Shown: positions 1 through 10,553, counted from the first letter of the stretch. The stretch is 39,549 nucleotides of DNA from an uncultured Spirochaetota bacterium (GCA_963745235.1 CAVUXE010000012.1:1-39549); one strand, 5' to 3'. Notes: generated by a model not told the origin, from the letters alone. Translations and numbers: made by a program.

Positions 1-64
1 TGGCGAACCCCACCTGTTGCGGCGCAGCGAGCTAGGCCATAGTCCCTCCTCGAGGAGGGACACG

Positions 65-370
65 ATGAAGCACGACCGGGAGTTCTGGACTCGTCACGTT
101 GAGAACTGGCGGGCAAGCGGGCTGACACAGAAAGCGTATTGCACTCGCCGCCGGCTGGCGAAGGGAAGCCTGGGCTACTGGGCATCGACACTGGGGCGGC
201 GGAAGGCAGCGGTGACGGACCTGGTGGAGGTCGGACGTACCGAGGTCAAGCCGCCGCAGTCGAACTGCCCTATCGAGTTGGCCGTGCAGGGTGGGTATCT
301 GCTTCGGCTGTGGCCGGGGGTGGAGCCCGCACACCTGCGCCTGGTGCTCTCGGTGCTGGAGCGCCGCTGA
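65..370 (+). CDS. tnpA: IS66 accessory protein TnpA
   Basis: FWTRHVENWRASGLTQKAYC...SLGYW motif; GAGGAGG upstream of ATG 65. Confidence 0.9.
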   Translation: MKHDREFWTRHVENWRASGLTQKAYCTRRRLAKGSLGYWASTLGRRKAAVTDLVEVGRTEVKPPQSNCPIELAVQGGYLLRLWPGVEPAHLRLVLSVLERR

Positions 371-723
371 TGATCGGCTTGGAGGTCAAAGAGGCGCGGG
401 TCTTTGTGCGGCCGGGCCGCACCGACATGCGCAAGCAGATCAACGGGTTGGCCGTAATGGCGGAGCAGGTGATGGAGGCCAGCGTCTTTGAGCCTTCACT
501 GTTTCTGTTCTGCAACGGTGAGCGACGCATTCTGAAGGCGTTGTACTGGGATCGCAATGGGTTTTGTCTATGGCAAAAGAGACTGCAGAAAGATCACTTC
601 CCCTGGCCTCGAAGCAGCGAGCAGGCCCGCTTGGAGATCGACACGGAGAAGTTGCGCATGCTGCTGGAGGGCATCGACTTCTGGTCGGCACACCAGCCGT
701 TGAGCTACCAGCGAGTGAGCTGA
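370..723 (+). CDS. tnpB: IS66 accessory protein TnpB
   Basis: TDMRKQINGL...LFLFCN...LKALYWDRNGFCLWQKRL; ATG overlaps the tnpA stop (TGATG). Confidence 0.95.
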   Translation: MIGLEVKEARVFVRPGRTDMRKQINGLAVMAEQVMEASVFEPSLFLFCNGERRILKALYWDRNGFCLWQKRLQKDHFPWPRSSEQARLEIDTEKLRMLLEGIDFWSAHQPLSYQRVS

Positions 724-765
724 AAAAAGATAGCCGAAAGCGGGAGAAATCATTGCCTTCGATCA

Positions 766-2325
766 TTGGGCTGTGATACTCTGCCCCGCGTGGAGGGGAA
801 CGTCGAGACGCTCGTGCTGGAGAACGCGCAGCTGCGGCGAGAGATTGCCGAACTTGCCAAGCGCGTGGAGATCCTCGCCGAGCAAAACGCGTGGCTGAAG
901 CAGCGGTTCTTCGGGCGCAGCAGCGAAGCGCTGAGCCTCGAGGAGCAGCGTCAGCTAAAGCTGTTCGACGAGGCGGAGCTTGCCGCCGCAGAGTCGGAGA
1001 GCACACGGGGGCAGCTCGACCTGGTTCGCATTCCCGAGCATGTGCGGCAGCAGCCCAAGCGGAGACCGCTACCGCAGGCCCTCCCGCGAGTAGAAGTGAT
1101 CATCGACATCCCCGAAGAGCAGAAGCACTGTGGCTGCGGCGCTGAGTTGGTGCGCATCGATGAGGAATCCAGCGAGAAGCTGGACGTGATTCCTCCGCAG
1201 CTTCGGGTGATTCGTACCATTCGACCGATGTACGCCTGCCATGTCTGCGAAGGCTCTGGGGATGAAGGACGGCCGGCGGTGCGTATCGCGCCGATGCCCC
1301 CCGCGATTATCGACAAGGGAATCGCAAGCGCAGGGTTGCTGGCCTACATCGTGACGAGCAAGTTCTGTGACTCTCTGCCGCTGTACCGCCAGCAGAAGCA
1401 GTTTGCGCGCATCGGGGTGGAGCTGTCCCGTCGGACGATGGCCGACTGGATGATCGCGGCCAGTGAAGCGTGCGCTCCGCTGATGAAACTCCTGGAGGTG
1501 AAAGTACGCTCGGGGCCGCTGCTGCAACTGGATGAGACACGCCTTCAGGTCCTGGGAGAGCCCGGACGAGCCAACACTGCGCTGAGTTACATGTGGGTCG
1601 CCCGTGGAGGGCCACCCGAGGCGCCGGTGATTCTGTACCACTATGCCCCCAGCCGCGGCACGGAGGTAGCAGTAGAGATGCTCGGGGACTACGAAGGCTA
1701 CGTACAGACCGACGGCTACGAAGTCTACGACCGAGCCTGTGACGGAGCGAAGAACGTGGTGCACGTTGGATGTTTTGCCCACGCACGTCGAAAGTTCCAC
1801 GATGCGCACAAGAACTCGAAAAAGGCGGGCAGCGCGGAAGAGGCCTTAGCGACGATCGCCGGACTGTACCGAGTAGAGAACCAACGGGAGCGCTACACGG
1901 ATCCGCAGGAGTTTGCGGCCGAACGACGTCGGCAGGTGGAACCAATTCTGGCGGAGTTCCACACCTGGCTGGAACGCCGAGCCGCTCAGGTTCCTCCCGA
2001 GACGTTGCTGGGCAAGGCGGTCGGCTACACGTTGGGGCAATGGCCCAAGCTCATTCGCTATCTGGACCACCCTGCGATGACCCCGGATACCAACTTGGTC
2101 GAAGGGGCCATACGTCCCTTTGTGCTAGGCCGGAAAAATTGGCTGTTCTCGGGCAGCCCCCGAGGTGCTACCGCCAGCGCGGTGCTGTTCAGCATCATCG
2201 AGACAGCTCGCGCGAACGGCAAGGAACCCTACTGGTATCTGCGCCAGCTCTTCGAGGCACTCCCAACGGCCCGTTCGGAGGCTGACATCCTGCGCCTATC
2301 CCCGTTCCGCTCCGCCGAGCCCTGA
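766..2325 (+). CDS. tnpC: IS66 DDE transposase TnpC (true start may be GTG 790)
   Basis: FGRSSE, CGCG zinc finger, LPLYRQ, LQLDET, QTDGY, CFAHARRKF, NLVEGAIRPFVLGRKNWLF. Confidence 0.97.
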   Translation: MGCDTLPRVEGNVETLVLENAQLRREIAELAKRVEILAEQNAWLKQRFFGRSSEALSLEEQRQLKLFDEAELAAAESESTRGQLDLVRIPEHVRQQPKRRPLPQALPRVEVIIDIPEEQKHCGCGAELVRIDEESSEKLDVIPPQLRVIRTIRPMYACHVCEGSGDEGRPAVRIAPMPPAIIDKGIASAGLLAYIVTSKFCDSLPLYRQQKQFARIGVELSRRTMADWMIAASEACAPLMKLLEVKVRSGPLLQLDETRLQVLGEPGRANTALSYMWVARGGPPEAPVILYHYAPSRGTEVAVEMLGDYEGYVQTDGYEVYDRACDGAKNVVHVGCFAHARRKFHDAHKNSKKAGSAEEALATIAGLYRVENQRERYTDPQEFAAERRRQVEPILAEFHTWLERRAAQVPPETLLGKAVGYTLGQWPKLIRYLDHPAMTPDTNLVEGAIRPFVLGRKNWLFSGSPRGATASAVLFSIIETARANGKEPYWYLRQLFEALPTARSEADILRLSPFRSAEP

Positions 2326-2357
2326 CCCGACAGGGGTGGGGTTCGCCACTCGCTTAC

Positions 2358-2628
2358 GCTTACAAAGAATGGGCCCATTGGCGTGCTCAAACATGGAACC
2401 TATCTCTCTTTCATCACGGATCCGGGAAAAACGAGACTGTGGTTTACGTTCGAGTCTTCGGTGTCCGTGGATCTGGACGTGGTGGCCGGGCAGTCGTACT
2501 ACGTCAGAGCCGCTGGAGGGTTCTTGTACGGGGGATTCGGCAATCAGAGAGGAGTGTTCACGGAAATACTGACACCGGAGAAGGCGAAGAAGGACGACCA
2601 AATACTATACTGCAAGAAGGTCGAATAG
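2358..2628 (+). pseudogene. 3' part of a DUF2846-like lipoprotein gene interrupted by IS66
   Basis: The frame is open from the IS end: GPIGVLKHGTYLSFITDPG...LDVVAGQSYYVRA resembles DUF2846; no proper start or RBS. Confidence 0.6.
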
Positions 2629-2674
2629 CTCAGCCGCCGCGAAGTTCGCCGAAGCGACACGGCGCGGTGGTTGA

Positions 2675-3307
2675 CTACGGTTCGATGTCCCTGCGCCTTT
2701 TTTTCCCGCTTCTCGCTTCCCGCACAACTTCCTTGAAGGTCTCCCTGCATTGCTTTCGTACGGCAGGATCGTAGCTTTCGATCATTTCTTTCGAGAACCT
2801 CGCGAGGTTGTTCTTTATCAGGGCTTGGACATCCGCAAGGTCCTTGGCGGCAGTGGATGGGCCATGCTCGCGCAACTTATCAAGATAGACCGCGGTTTTC
2901 AGCTGAACCAGGTCGTGTAACCCTATGAACGTTGCTCCAAAGGAGGCGTCAAACTCTCCGACCTTGCGCGGATCAGGCATGGGAATGACCATGCCCCAAT
3001 CTTCATCAGCGAAAAGTATGTCAATCCGAACGCCTGTCTTCTGGTCCAGGCAGATGTCAACGCCCTCACTTACGATTTCCCCCTTGAGGGGAAGCGCCTT
3101 CACCCAATCCTTCCTGAAGGTGAGCACGTCCACATCGATGGTCGTACGGGCATGGCCGTTGCGAATAACCGCCATGCCTCCAATGACACAGTAGGGAAGG
3201 TCATGTGCGTTGCACAAAGCGTGGATTCGTCGGACCACCTCCATCATCGGAGAGTCAGATGTCATGTCGCCGTTGAGCTTGAGTATCCTGGCTGCCGTCA
3301 TTTCCAC
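2675..3307 (-). CDS. Nucleotidyltransferase-fold protein (AbiEii/MNT-like)
   Basis: YCVIGGMAV...HARTTIDVDVL (GG...DxD) and the later LK...KDLADV motif. Confidence 0.8.
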   Translation of the reverse strand: MEMTAARILKLNGDMTSDSPMMEVVRRIHALCNAHDLPYCVIGGMAVIRNGHARTTIDVDVLTFRKDWVKALPLKGEIVSEGVDICLDQKTGVRIDILFADEDWGMVIPMPDPRKVGEFDASFGATFIGLHDLVQLKTAVYLDKLREHGPSTAAKDLADVQALIKNNLARFSKEMIESYDPAVRKQCRETFKEVVREARSGKKRRRDIEP

Positions 3308-3333
3308 GGGCTTCCACTCTTCCCCTGCTTTGA

Positions 3334-3361
3334 ATTATACCATGGAACCCTTTTAAGGCAA
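3334..3361 (-). promoter_or_regulatory. Sigma70-type promoter of the nucleotidyltransferase gene
   Basis: Minus strand TTGCCT-16 bp-TATAAT with an extended -10 TGn. Confidence 0.55.
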
Positions 3362-3479
3362 AATCGCTTTGGAGCCTTGCCAGCAGATCTGCATAGGGAA
3401 GCGTCAAACAGCATCTTCCTACAAAAAGTTTCGCACAGGTACAATAGCGGCCTTCTGCGAAGCGCTACCATGATCCGTT

Positions 3480-4493
3480 ATGAGAGGAAAGACACTTTCG
3501 GAGCTCGCCAGCTCCGCATTCAAAGAGCACCGCAGGCTCGTTGCGCCCCTGGCCGGATTTCCCGGCGTGGAGATGATCGGAAGCACTATCAAGCTGGCGC
3601 AGCAGAACTTCGGCGAGCACTACAAGGCGATCCGAAGCCTGGTGGACAGCTACTCCCCGGACCTGGTCTTTCCACTGATGGACCTGTCCGTGGAAGCCAA
3701 CGCGCTTGGCCGGTACACCGTCTTCCCGCGTGGCGAATCAGCCACGGTCCCCAAGGACACCTTCGACATGGAAGACCTGGAAAGCCTCTCGAAGATCAAC
3801 ATCACATTCGACACGAGGCTTATGGGCTATGTAGAAACGATCAAGATGATGAGCGTCTCCCTGCCCCCTTCCATTCTTAGGGGAGCGTACGTTGTAGGGC
3901 CTTTTACTCTCGCGGCGCTCATGATGGGGGCGGACGAGGCGGTCATATCGACAATCCTCGACTCGGAAAAGCTGCACCGACTGTGTCACTTCACCACGGA
4001 GCGCATCCAGGAATACATCCAGTTGCTTCTCGCTTCAGGCGCGGACGTCATTTGCATACTTGAGCCAACAGCAGTGATGCTCAGCCCCGAGCAGTTTTCC
4101 GAGTTCTCAGCCATCTACATCCACCACATCACGACGAGCTTCAAGTACAGCGGCGCGAACTTCGTCTACCACACCTGCGGAAACACCATGCACCTCGCCG
4201 AGAAAATGGCGCGCGCCGGAGTGCACGGAATAAGTCTCGACTCGAAGGATGCTGGCGTGGACCTCCCCGCAGTTGCCAAACGATTGCCCCAGGACGTCGC
4301 GGTGATCGGGAACATCAGCCCCGCGACAACCATGCGGTTTGCAAGTCCGGCCGAGGTCAGCAAGGAGGTTGGTGAGCTTCTGAAAGAGATGGAACGGTTT
4401 CCGAACTTCGTGCTGAGCACCGGATGCGATCTTCCTCAGGAAACGCCGCCGCAGAACATCAGCGCTTTCATGGCGGCGGGCCGCGCCTGGTAG
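3480..4493 (+). CDS. Uroporphyrinogen decarboxylase / MtaA-CmuA methyltransferase family protein
   Basis: MDLSVEANALG, GPFTLA, LEP, YHTCG, GNISP, LSTGCDLP: intact H-x-C...C zinc motif. Confidence 0.9.
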   Translation: MRGKTLSELASSAFKEHRRLVAPLAGFPGVEMIGSTIKLAQQNFGEHYKAIRSLVDSYSPDLVFPLMDLSVEANALGRYTVFPRGESATVPKDTFDMEDLESLSKINITFDTRLMGYVETIKMMSVSLPPSILRGAYVVGPFTLAALMMGADEAVISTILDSEKLHRLCHFTTERIQEYIQLLLASGADVICILEPTAVMLSPEQFSEFSAIYIHHITTSFKYSGANFVYHTCGNTMHLAEKMARAGVHGISLDSKDAGVDLPAVAKRLPQDVAVIGNISPATTMRFASPAEVSKEVGELLKEMERFPNFVLSTGCDLPQETPPQNISAFMAAGRAW

Positions 4494-4611
4494 CGGCGGC
4501 AAACAGAGGCGCCTGGAGGACCGGACGCGGCCGCCTCCCCCATCGCCTCCCGCGATGGATTTGCTGGCAGGCACGCGGTGGGGAGCCGATGGGGAATATG
4601 TCCGACACTGA

Positions 4612-5598
4612 CTAGTACGTGAGCTCTCCCCTCGGGCTTATCCCCCGGGGCTCCTTCCCTTCGGCCACAGAGATAACGAGATACCACTCGCGGATCGCGC
4701 CGGGCGCGAGCTGGCTTCCCATGCCCCACATCCTGGCGAAGTCCACCCTGTCCATCCCCGCCGTGGCCGGCTCCGGGGCGATGTTGTATTGTCCCGCCAG
4801 GCCGCCCTCGTTCAGCCACATCCCGAGGTAAGGGACTTTTTCCGCGGGGAATGACAGGCCGATAGTGAGCTTCTTTGCGTTGTCGCGAAGCATGCACCAG
4901 CCCTCGGTGACCTTTGCGGCAAAGTAGTACTTCTGGTAGCCGCGGTCGTTTCGCCGTGGGACCACGTCCAGGCGTATCTCCCGTCCGTCAGGGCGTCTTG
5001 CCACGGGGAAATCATAGCGCTCCCCGTATCCGCCGAGGACTTCCCCCGGCACAGCGTTGATGATTTTTCCCATTCCCCCGGGCACAATGAATCTCATTCC
5101 TTCAGTCGCATTGAAAAGCGGGTGGGCGGCCCAGAGGAAGTCCATTGGAAAGCCCGAGTGGTTCGTGGCAGCGTACCGCGTGACGAGCCGCTCTCCTTCC
5201 AGGGAAACGGTCTTCTTCAAGGTGTAGGGAAGACGCGTACCGCTCACCGTCAGCGTCACGGAGTCCGGCTCCAGCGTGTGCGTCCAGGGTATCGTCCAGA
5301 CCTCACCGTGGTCGGGCAGCTCGACCCCTGCCCATGGCGCCGACTCGTAGAAGCACCGGGAGATCGTGGGAAACATCTCGTCGAACCCGGCGAACTCGCC
5401 CTTGTCGTACGAATCTCCGAAGCCGGTTGGCGCAAAAGCAGGTGACGGGTTCTGCCAGAGAGTTTCCGCCCCGAGCCCCGTGTGCACGAGGGAAATGGTC
5501 TTTGCTCCCCACGCGGGAAGGATGACCGCCCGCAGCTTCCCGTTGTCCAGGATCACCGCGTCCTGGTCCTTGTACCTGCCGCGAGACACGACGCTCAT
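4612..5598 (-). CDS. Aldose 1-epimerase / galactose mutarotase-like protein
   Basis: GAKTISL, GFDEMFPTI, PDHGEVW, WAAHP, YLGMW, APEP. Confidence 0.8.
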   Translation of the reverse strand: MSVVSRGRYKDQDAVILDNGKLRAVILPAWGAKTISLVHTGLGAETLWQNPSPAFAPTGFGDSYDKGEFAGFDEMFPTISRCFYESAPWAGVELPDHGEVWTIPWTHTLEPDSVTLTVSGTRLPYTLKKTVSLEGERLVTRYAATNHSGFPMDFLWAAHPLFNATEGMRFIVPGGMGKIINAVPGEVLGGYGERYDFPVARRPDGREIRLDVVPRRNDRGYQKYYFAAKVTEGWCMLRDNAKKLTIGLSFPAEKVPYLGMWLNEGGLAGQYNIAPEPATAGMDRVDFARMWGMGSQLAPGAIREWYLVISVAEGKEPRGISPRGELTY

Positions 5599-6848
5599 GC
5601 TTCCCTCACCGCCTCGAAGAGGGCAATGAGGTTCTCCGTTGGAACCGTGGCCTGGATGTTGTGGACGTTGTTGCAGACAAACCCGCCGCCGCGGGAGAAC
5701 ACGGAAATGTTGTGCGCCGCCTCTTCTTTCACCTGCTCAGGCGTCCCGAAGCTCAGCGTATGCTGCGCATCCACCGCCCCGCCCCAGAAAGTGAACTTCT
5801 CCCCATACTTGCTTTTGAGGATCTCGGGCGACATTCCCGCGGCCGATATCTGCACGGGATTGAGGATGTCGATGCCCGCCTCTGCGAAATCGTCCAGGAA
5901 GGCGACTATGGAGCCGCACGTATGGTAGAAGGTCTTCCATCCCGTGTTGGCGTGGACCCAGTCGTTCATCTCCCTGTGCAGGGGCTTGAACATCTCTCGA
6001 TACGCCGCCGGCGAGATGAACGGTCCGTTCTGTGAACCGAAGTCCGTGCCGCTCATCACCACGACATCGATCCTGTCCCCGACGGCCTGGCGGTACATCT
6101 GGAGGTTCTTCATCTGCAGCTCCAGCTGCAGGCGGAAGATCTCCTGGACGTAATCTTTCCTCGTGATGGATGAAACGTACCATTCCTCGGGGTCGCGGAT
6201 CCCCTTGGGATGCGCCACGGCGGGCCCCGGAACAAGGGCGATATCGCCGAACCCTGCCCCCCAGAAGTTCCCGATCAGGGAGTAGTTCGAGCTTTCAAAC
6301 CAGCGCCGCGACGTCTCCTCGAGGAACCGCAGCTCTTCCTCCGTGTACAGGCTGTAGCTCTGCGCCACCCACTCCTTCGGATCCAGCTTTGCCTCATCGA
6401 TCGGCTCCTGTCGCACGATCGAGTCGAAATAGAAACCGCCCGTGGGCATCCTTCCCGAGGGCGGAGCCGACCTGTCTCCCTTCGGGTACTGGACGATGTC
6501 GCCGCTCGGCAGCACGTCGTACTCGAAATGCCCAGAGATCTCCACCTCGGTCCCATCGAAAAGCGTGAAGCGTTTCCAGTTGTCGTTCCGGTACCCGAAG
6601 ATGGTCGTGGGGAGCTCGATGCCGAATGTGTCCACGCCGAGGGCTTTCTTCACGGGCTCCTCGACCACGCCCAGCATCTGGAAGGGATCGTAGACCCGCG
6701 GGATGCCGCCGCTGACGCCGAGCGCTGCTCGCAGGCGCTTGTACGCGCTCACGTGGATACCCGTTACGAGGGTGCTTCCCAGGTCCAGGGGCACGTGGTC
6801 CGGCTCCTGGTGGTGGATTGCCATGCGGACCCTTTCCCGCGGCGTCAT
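5595..6848 (-). CDS. URO-D family protein / putative methyltransferase
   Basis: MTPRERV...HQEPDHVPLDLG, GTDFGSQ, YHTCG, DILNPVQ, FWGGAVD, NNVHNIQ. Confidence 0.9.
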   Translation of the reverse strand: MTPRERVRMAIHHQEPDHVPLDLGSTLVTGIHVSAYKRLRAALGVSGGIPRVYDPFQMLGVVEEPVKKALGVDTFGIELPTTIFGYRNDNWKRFTLFDGTEVEISGHFEYDVLPSGDIVQYPKGDRSAPPSGRMPTGGFYFDSIVRQEPIDEAKLDPKEWVAQSYSLYTEEELRFLEETSRRWFESSNYSLIGNFWGAGFGDIALVPGPAVAHPKGIRDPEEWYVSSITRKDYVQEIFRLQLELQMKNLQMYRQAVGDRIDVVVMSGTDFGSQNGPFISPAAYREMFKPLHREMNDWVHANTGWKTFYHTCGSIVAFLDDFAEAGIDILNPVQISAAGMSPEILKSKYGEKFTFWGGAVDAQHTLSFGTPEQVKEEAAHNISVFSRGGGFVCNNVHNIQATVPTENLIALFEAVREA

Positions 6849-8023
6849 ACCCTGGTCCTCATCTGCTGGGGCACGGCCCGGGTCTTCACCTTGCCTGCTA
6901 TGGCCTTTCTCCGCGTCTGGATGCGCTCCACGTCGATGGGGTAGGTTCCGTACTCGTGGGCTGTCGCATACAGAGTCTCGGTATTTTCCACGGGGATCAG
7001 GTCGTGGATTTCGCTGGAAGACCCGACGAAAAGACCACCGTCCGGTCCGAGCTTCTCCAGGAGCTCCAACGTCTCGTCCTCCACGTCAAAGGTGTTTCCC
7101 TGCGGCAGCGTCACTTCGCAGCAGACATTCCCGAACAGGAGCTTCGAAGGATAGCGGGCGTGGATGTCGAAGATATCGTTGCACCCGTTGCGCTCCACGG
7201 GGTGCAGGCCGTCCGCTCCCAGCGTCTCGAAAACAATCGGCAACGCGGCTCCATACTGGCCGTCCGTGTGAAAAAGGAACTTCAACCCCTTCTCGTGAAT
7301 GGGATCCATGATCCAATGCCAGCGCGGCACGGCATGCTCCCTGATGAACTGGGGGCTGAAGATGGGCCCGCCGGAGCCGCAGATGTCTTCCCCCATGAAG
7401 AGGAGCGGGGACGACGGGTGCTCGGCATAGACCTGGGCGATGTACGCGGAAAACTTTCCGGTACAGTCCATGATATGGCTTACGAGCTCAGGGGCGTCAT
7501 AGATGGCCTGGGCGAAAAGCTCCATGTCCATGTAGGAGTACGTATCCGTAACAGGTCCTTCCACGCCCCCCACCCACACGAGGTCATAGCGGTCGCAGAC
7601 CTGCTTGATGTACGTGATGAACGGCGTGAACCATTCCCTGATGTCCTCGAGCTTCGGGAGCTTCGGCATGTGCTTCTCAAGCTCGGCGAGCGTGGAGAAG
7701 GGCCGCTTTGCAATCCACGCGGTGCCGCCTTTCTGCTCCACTTTCCAGTTGTCGGGATCCACGCCGAAGAACCGGATCCAGTTGACGATCTTGGAACCCA
7801 TCCAGTGGTTGACCGGGTCGTACGTGTAGCGCGTCATGTCCAGGCCGACGGCCTTGAACGAGGTCGCGTTCATCTCCACGATCTGCTCGAAGGAGTAAGT
7901 CTTCGATTTATCGTAGCCGGCATGGCGCATCAGGATCTGCTCGTTGTCTACGAAGTCCCAGGTCAGGACCCGGTCAACCGGTTTCCTGTCAAGGGCGAGG
8001 CCGAATCGTTCGAGGTTTGTCAT
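6845..8023 (-). CDS. URO-D family protein
   Basis: MTNLERF...PVDRV, GEDIC, FHTDG, LHPVE, FGNV, GSSSEIH; start at ATG 8023 after GGAAAGG. Confidence 0.85.
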   Translation of the reverse strand: MTNLERFGLALDRKPVDRVLTWDFVDNEQILMRHAGYDKSKTYSFEQIVEMNATSFKAVGLDMTRYTYDPVNHWMGSKIVNWIRFFGVDPDNWKVEQKGGTAWIAKRPFSTLAELEKHMPKLPKLEDIREWFTPFITYIKQVCDRYDLVWVGGVEGPVTDTYSYMDMELFAQAIYDAPELVSHIMDCTGKFSAYIAQVYAEHPSSPLLFMGEDICGSGGPIFSPQFIREHAVPRWHWIMDPIHEKGLKFLFHTDGQYGAALPIVFETLGADGLHPVERNGCNDIFDIHARYPSKLLFGNVCCEVTLPQGNTFDVEDETLELLEKLGPDGGLFVGSSSEIHDLIPVENTETLYATAHEYGTYPIDVERIQTRRKAIAGKVKTRAVPQQMRTRV

Positions 8024-8060
8024 GATCACCCTTTCCTTTCCATCTGGCTCTTCCGAAGCC

Positions 8061-9020
8061 CTAGCTCTTCCGAAGCTGGTCGAGGTACACAGCGGCCAGG
8101 AGAACGATGCCGGTCGCGATCCACTGGTAGTAGGAAGGCATCCCCACCATGATGAGGCCGGATTGCAGAACTCCGACAATGGCCACGCCGATCAGGCTCC
8201 CCCAGATGACCCCTTCACCTCCGGCAATTGATATGCCGCCCAGGACGCACGCGGCAATGGAGTTGATCGGGTACTGGGTCCCGGCATCCACCTGGGCGGA
8301 GCCCAGCCGGGAAGCAAGGACGATCCCCCCAAACCCCGACAGGAGCCCGCTGAGCGTGTAGGTCAGGATCCGGATCCTGTCCACGTTGATGCCTGATAGC
8401 CGGGCGGCTTCCGGGTTGCCTCCAATGCTGTAGATGGAGCGGCCGAAAACGGTGAAGCGCAGCACCACGTAGAACAGGGCGTAGATCAGGATGAGGAGGA
8501 TGATGGGCAGGGGGATGCTTGCGACCCGGGTGGTCCCGAGGAAGCGGAACGCGCTCAGGTTCACGCCGATGGCAAACCCGCCGCTCACGAGGAAGACGAC
8601 TCCCGAGAGGATGGTCATCATGCTCAGCGTCGTGATCAGGGCGTTGATCTTCAGCTTCGTGATGAGAAGACCGTTCACGAGGCCGATAGCCGTGCCAACG
8701 GCGAGGCCGAGGAAGAACCAGGTCCAATAGTTGCCGTTGTCCTTTGTCAGGATGGCGACGATCATTCCCGAGAGCCCCGCGATGCCGCCCACCGACAGGT
8801 CGAAGGCGCCCGTGAGCAGGATCATCGACTGGCCAATGCAGACGATCCCGATCACGGAGATTGTGAGGCCGATGGCGAAGACGTTCTTCATGTTGAGGAA
8901 GTAGGGTGAGGAAACGGAGAAGATGGCAACCAGGGCAATCAGCACAAGGAGCATCCGAGCCTGGTTGAGGGCTCCGCCCACCCGATGCGTGGTCATTCCC
9001 TTCGCTATTCCGTTTGTCAT
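8061..9020 (-). CDS. Monosaccharide ABC transporter permease (RbsC-like)
   Basis: FDLSVG, FGRSIYSIGGNPEAARLSGI, IAACVLGG; hydrophobic; start overlaps the ATPase stop. Confidence 0.93.
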   Translation of the reverse strand: MTNGIAKGMTTHRVGGALNQARMLLVLIALVAIFSVSSPYFLNMKNVFAIGLTISVIGIVCIGQSMILLTGAFDLSVGGIAGLSGMIVAILTKDNGNYWTWFFLGLAVGTAIGLVNGLLITKLKINALITTLSMMTILSGVVFLVSGGFAIGVNLSAFRFLGTTRVASIPLPIILLILIYALFYVVLRFTVFGRSIYSIGGNPEAARLSGINVDRIRILTYTLSGLLSGFGGIVLASRLGSAQVDAGTQYPINSIAACVLGGISIAGGEGVIWGSLIGVAIVGVLQSGLIMVGMPSYYQWIATGIVLLAAVYLDQLRKS

Positions 9021-10533
9021 TCCGTGCACGCCTCCACCTTGCCGATTGCGTATTTGATGACCGTCTCTTCCGTGAGCCCCTCGTTCTCCTCGAAGCGCAT
9101 TGCGATGCATCCATTGCGGTACACGAAGATGCGGTCGCAGACGCTGAGGATCTCGGGAAGCTCGGAGGAGATGAAGATGATCCCCTTGCCGCTGTCCGCC
9201 AGCTGCCGAAGGAGATGATAGATCTCGGTTTTGGCTCCCACGTCCACGCCGTGGGTCGGCTCGTCGAAAATGATCACGTCCGAGCGGGAAGCCAGCCACT
9301 TTGCGATTGACACCTTCTGCTGGTTGCCGCCGCTCAAGGTCCCCACGTTGGATTTCATGGATGCAGCCTTGATTGAGAGCTGCTGAATGTAGTCGGCCAC
9401 TACGCGGGTCTCTTCGGCCCCGCGGATGAATCCCCAGCGCGACAGCCTTCCGATGAACGGCAGGGTGATGTTGTTGCGGATGGAAGCCCTGAGAATGACT
9501 CCCTGGGCGATCCTGTTCTCTGGCACCAGGCCGATGCGGTGCTCCACCGCCTCGATGGGAGATCTGATCTGGACCTTTTTCCCGTTGATCAGGATGTCGC
9601 CGCTTTCGGGCCTGTTCACCCCGAAGATCGACATGACAGTTTCCGTGCGGCCCGAGCCGACCATGCCGAACAATCCGAGGATCTCCCCGCGATGGAGCTG
9701 GAAGCTTATGTCCTGGACGCTCTTGCCGTTTGTGAGGTGGCGGACTTCGAAAAGGACGTCCCCCCGCCGCGAGGCTGCTCCGGCCGTTTGCTCATACAAG
9801 GCGAGCTCCCGTCCCACCATCATCGAGATGACCTGGGATTTTGTCACGTCTTTCGTCTGCCGGGTGGAGACGTACCTGCCGTCCTTGAAGACGGTGACCC
9901 GGTCTGCGATCTGGAAGATCTCGTCCAGCCGGTGACTTACGTAGATGAGGGAGATGCCCTTCGCCTTGAGCGTGGCGATCAACGTGAAGAGCTCCCGGGT
10001 TTCCTCGTCGGAGAGGGAGGCCGTGGGCTCGTCGAAGGCAATGACCTTCGTGTCGAAGATGAGCGCCTTGAGGATCTCCACGAGCTGCCGATGCCCGGTG
10101 CCGAGGGATTCCACCGTCTCGTTCACCAGGTGCTCCATGTTGAACGTCCTGGCAATCTGGTCCGCGCGCCGGCGCAGCTCCCCCACTGGATCAGGCCCGA
10201 GGCCCCCCGGGGGTAGAGCCCCATGAAGATATTCTCCGCGACGGTGAGCTTCGGAGCGAGCTGGATCTCCTGGGGAACGATTCCGATGCCGCTCACCCGT
10301 GCCTGCAGGTTGTCCCGGAAATCGACTTCCTTCCCGTTGTAGAGAATGCGCCCGCTGTCTTTCTGGTACACCCCGCAGATGATCTTGATGAGGGTGCTCT
10401 TGCCGGCGCCGTTCTCGCCCACGAGGGCGTGCACCTCCCCGCGCGCCAGCTCGAACTGGACTCCGTCCAGGGCGTGGACGCCTCCGAAGCGCTTGCACAC
10501 GTTCTCTGCTTTCAGAACAAGGCCGTCAGTCAT
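9017..10533 (-). CDS. Monosaccharide ABC ATPase (RbsA-like) with a one-base frameshift near 10180
   Basis: GENGAGKST in ORF 10123-10533 continues as FDEPT...LSGGNQQKV...FDEPTHGVDVGAK in another frame; a G5 run sits where G6 (TGG GGG GAG) would restore the frame. Confidence 0.9.
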
Positions 10534-10553
10534 CGCTCTCCCTTCCCCCGGGG

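Larger units (their letters stand above)
1..2357 (+). mobile_element. IS66-family insertion sequence; left end cut by the window edge
   Basis: tnpA-tnpB-tnpC order. The right end read on the minus strand is GTAAGCGAGTGGCGAACCCCACC (ends at 2357) and matches TGGCGAACCCCACC at position 1. GTAA termini are typical of IS66. Confidence 0.95.

Noticed and set aside
3322-3329. CCCCTGCT match to the tRNA 3' end as a possible att site
   Set aside because: Only 8 bp and inverted relative to the tRNA
3310-3480. Cobalamin riboswitch ahead of the methyltransferase-like gene
   Set aside because: No B12-box or recognisable core seen here or at 14210-14520
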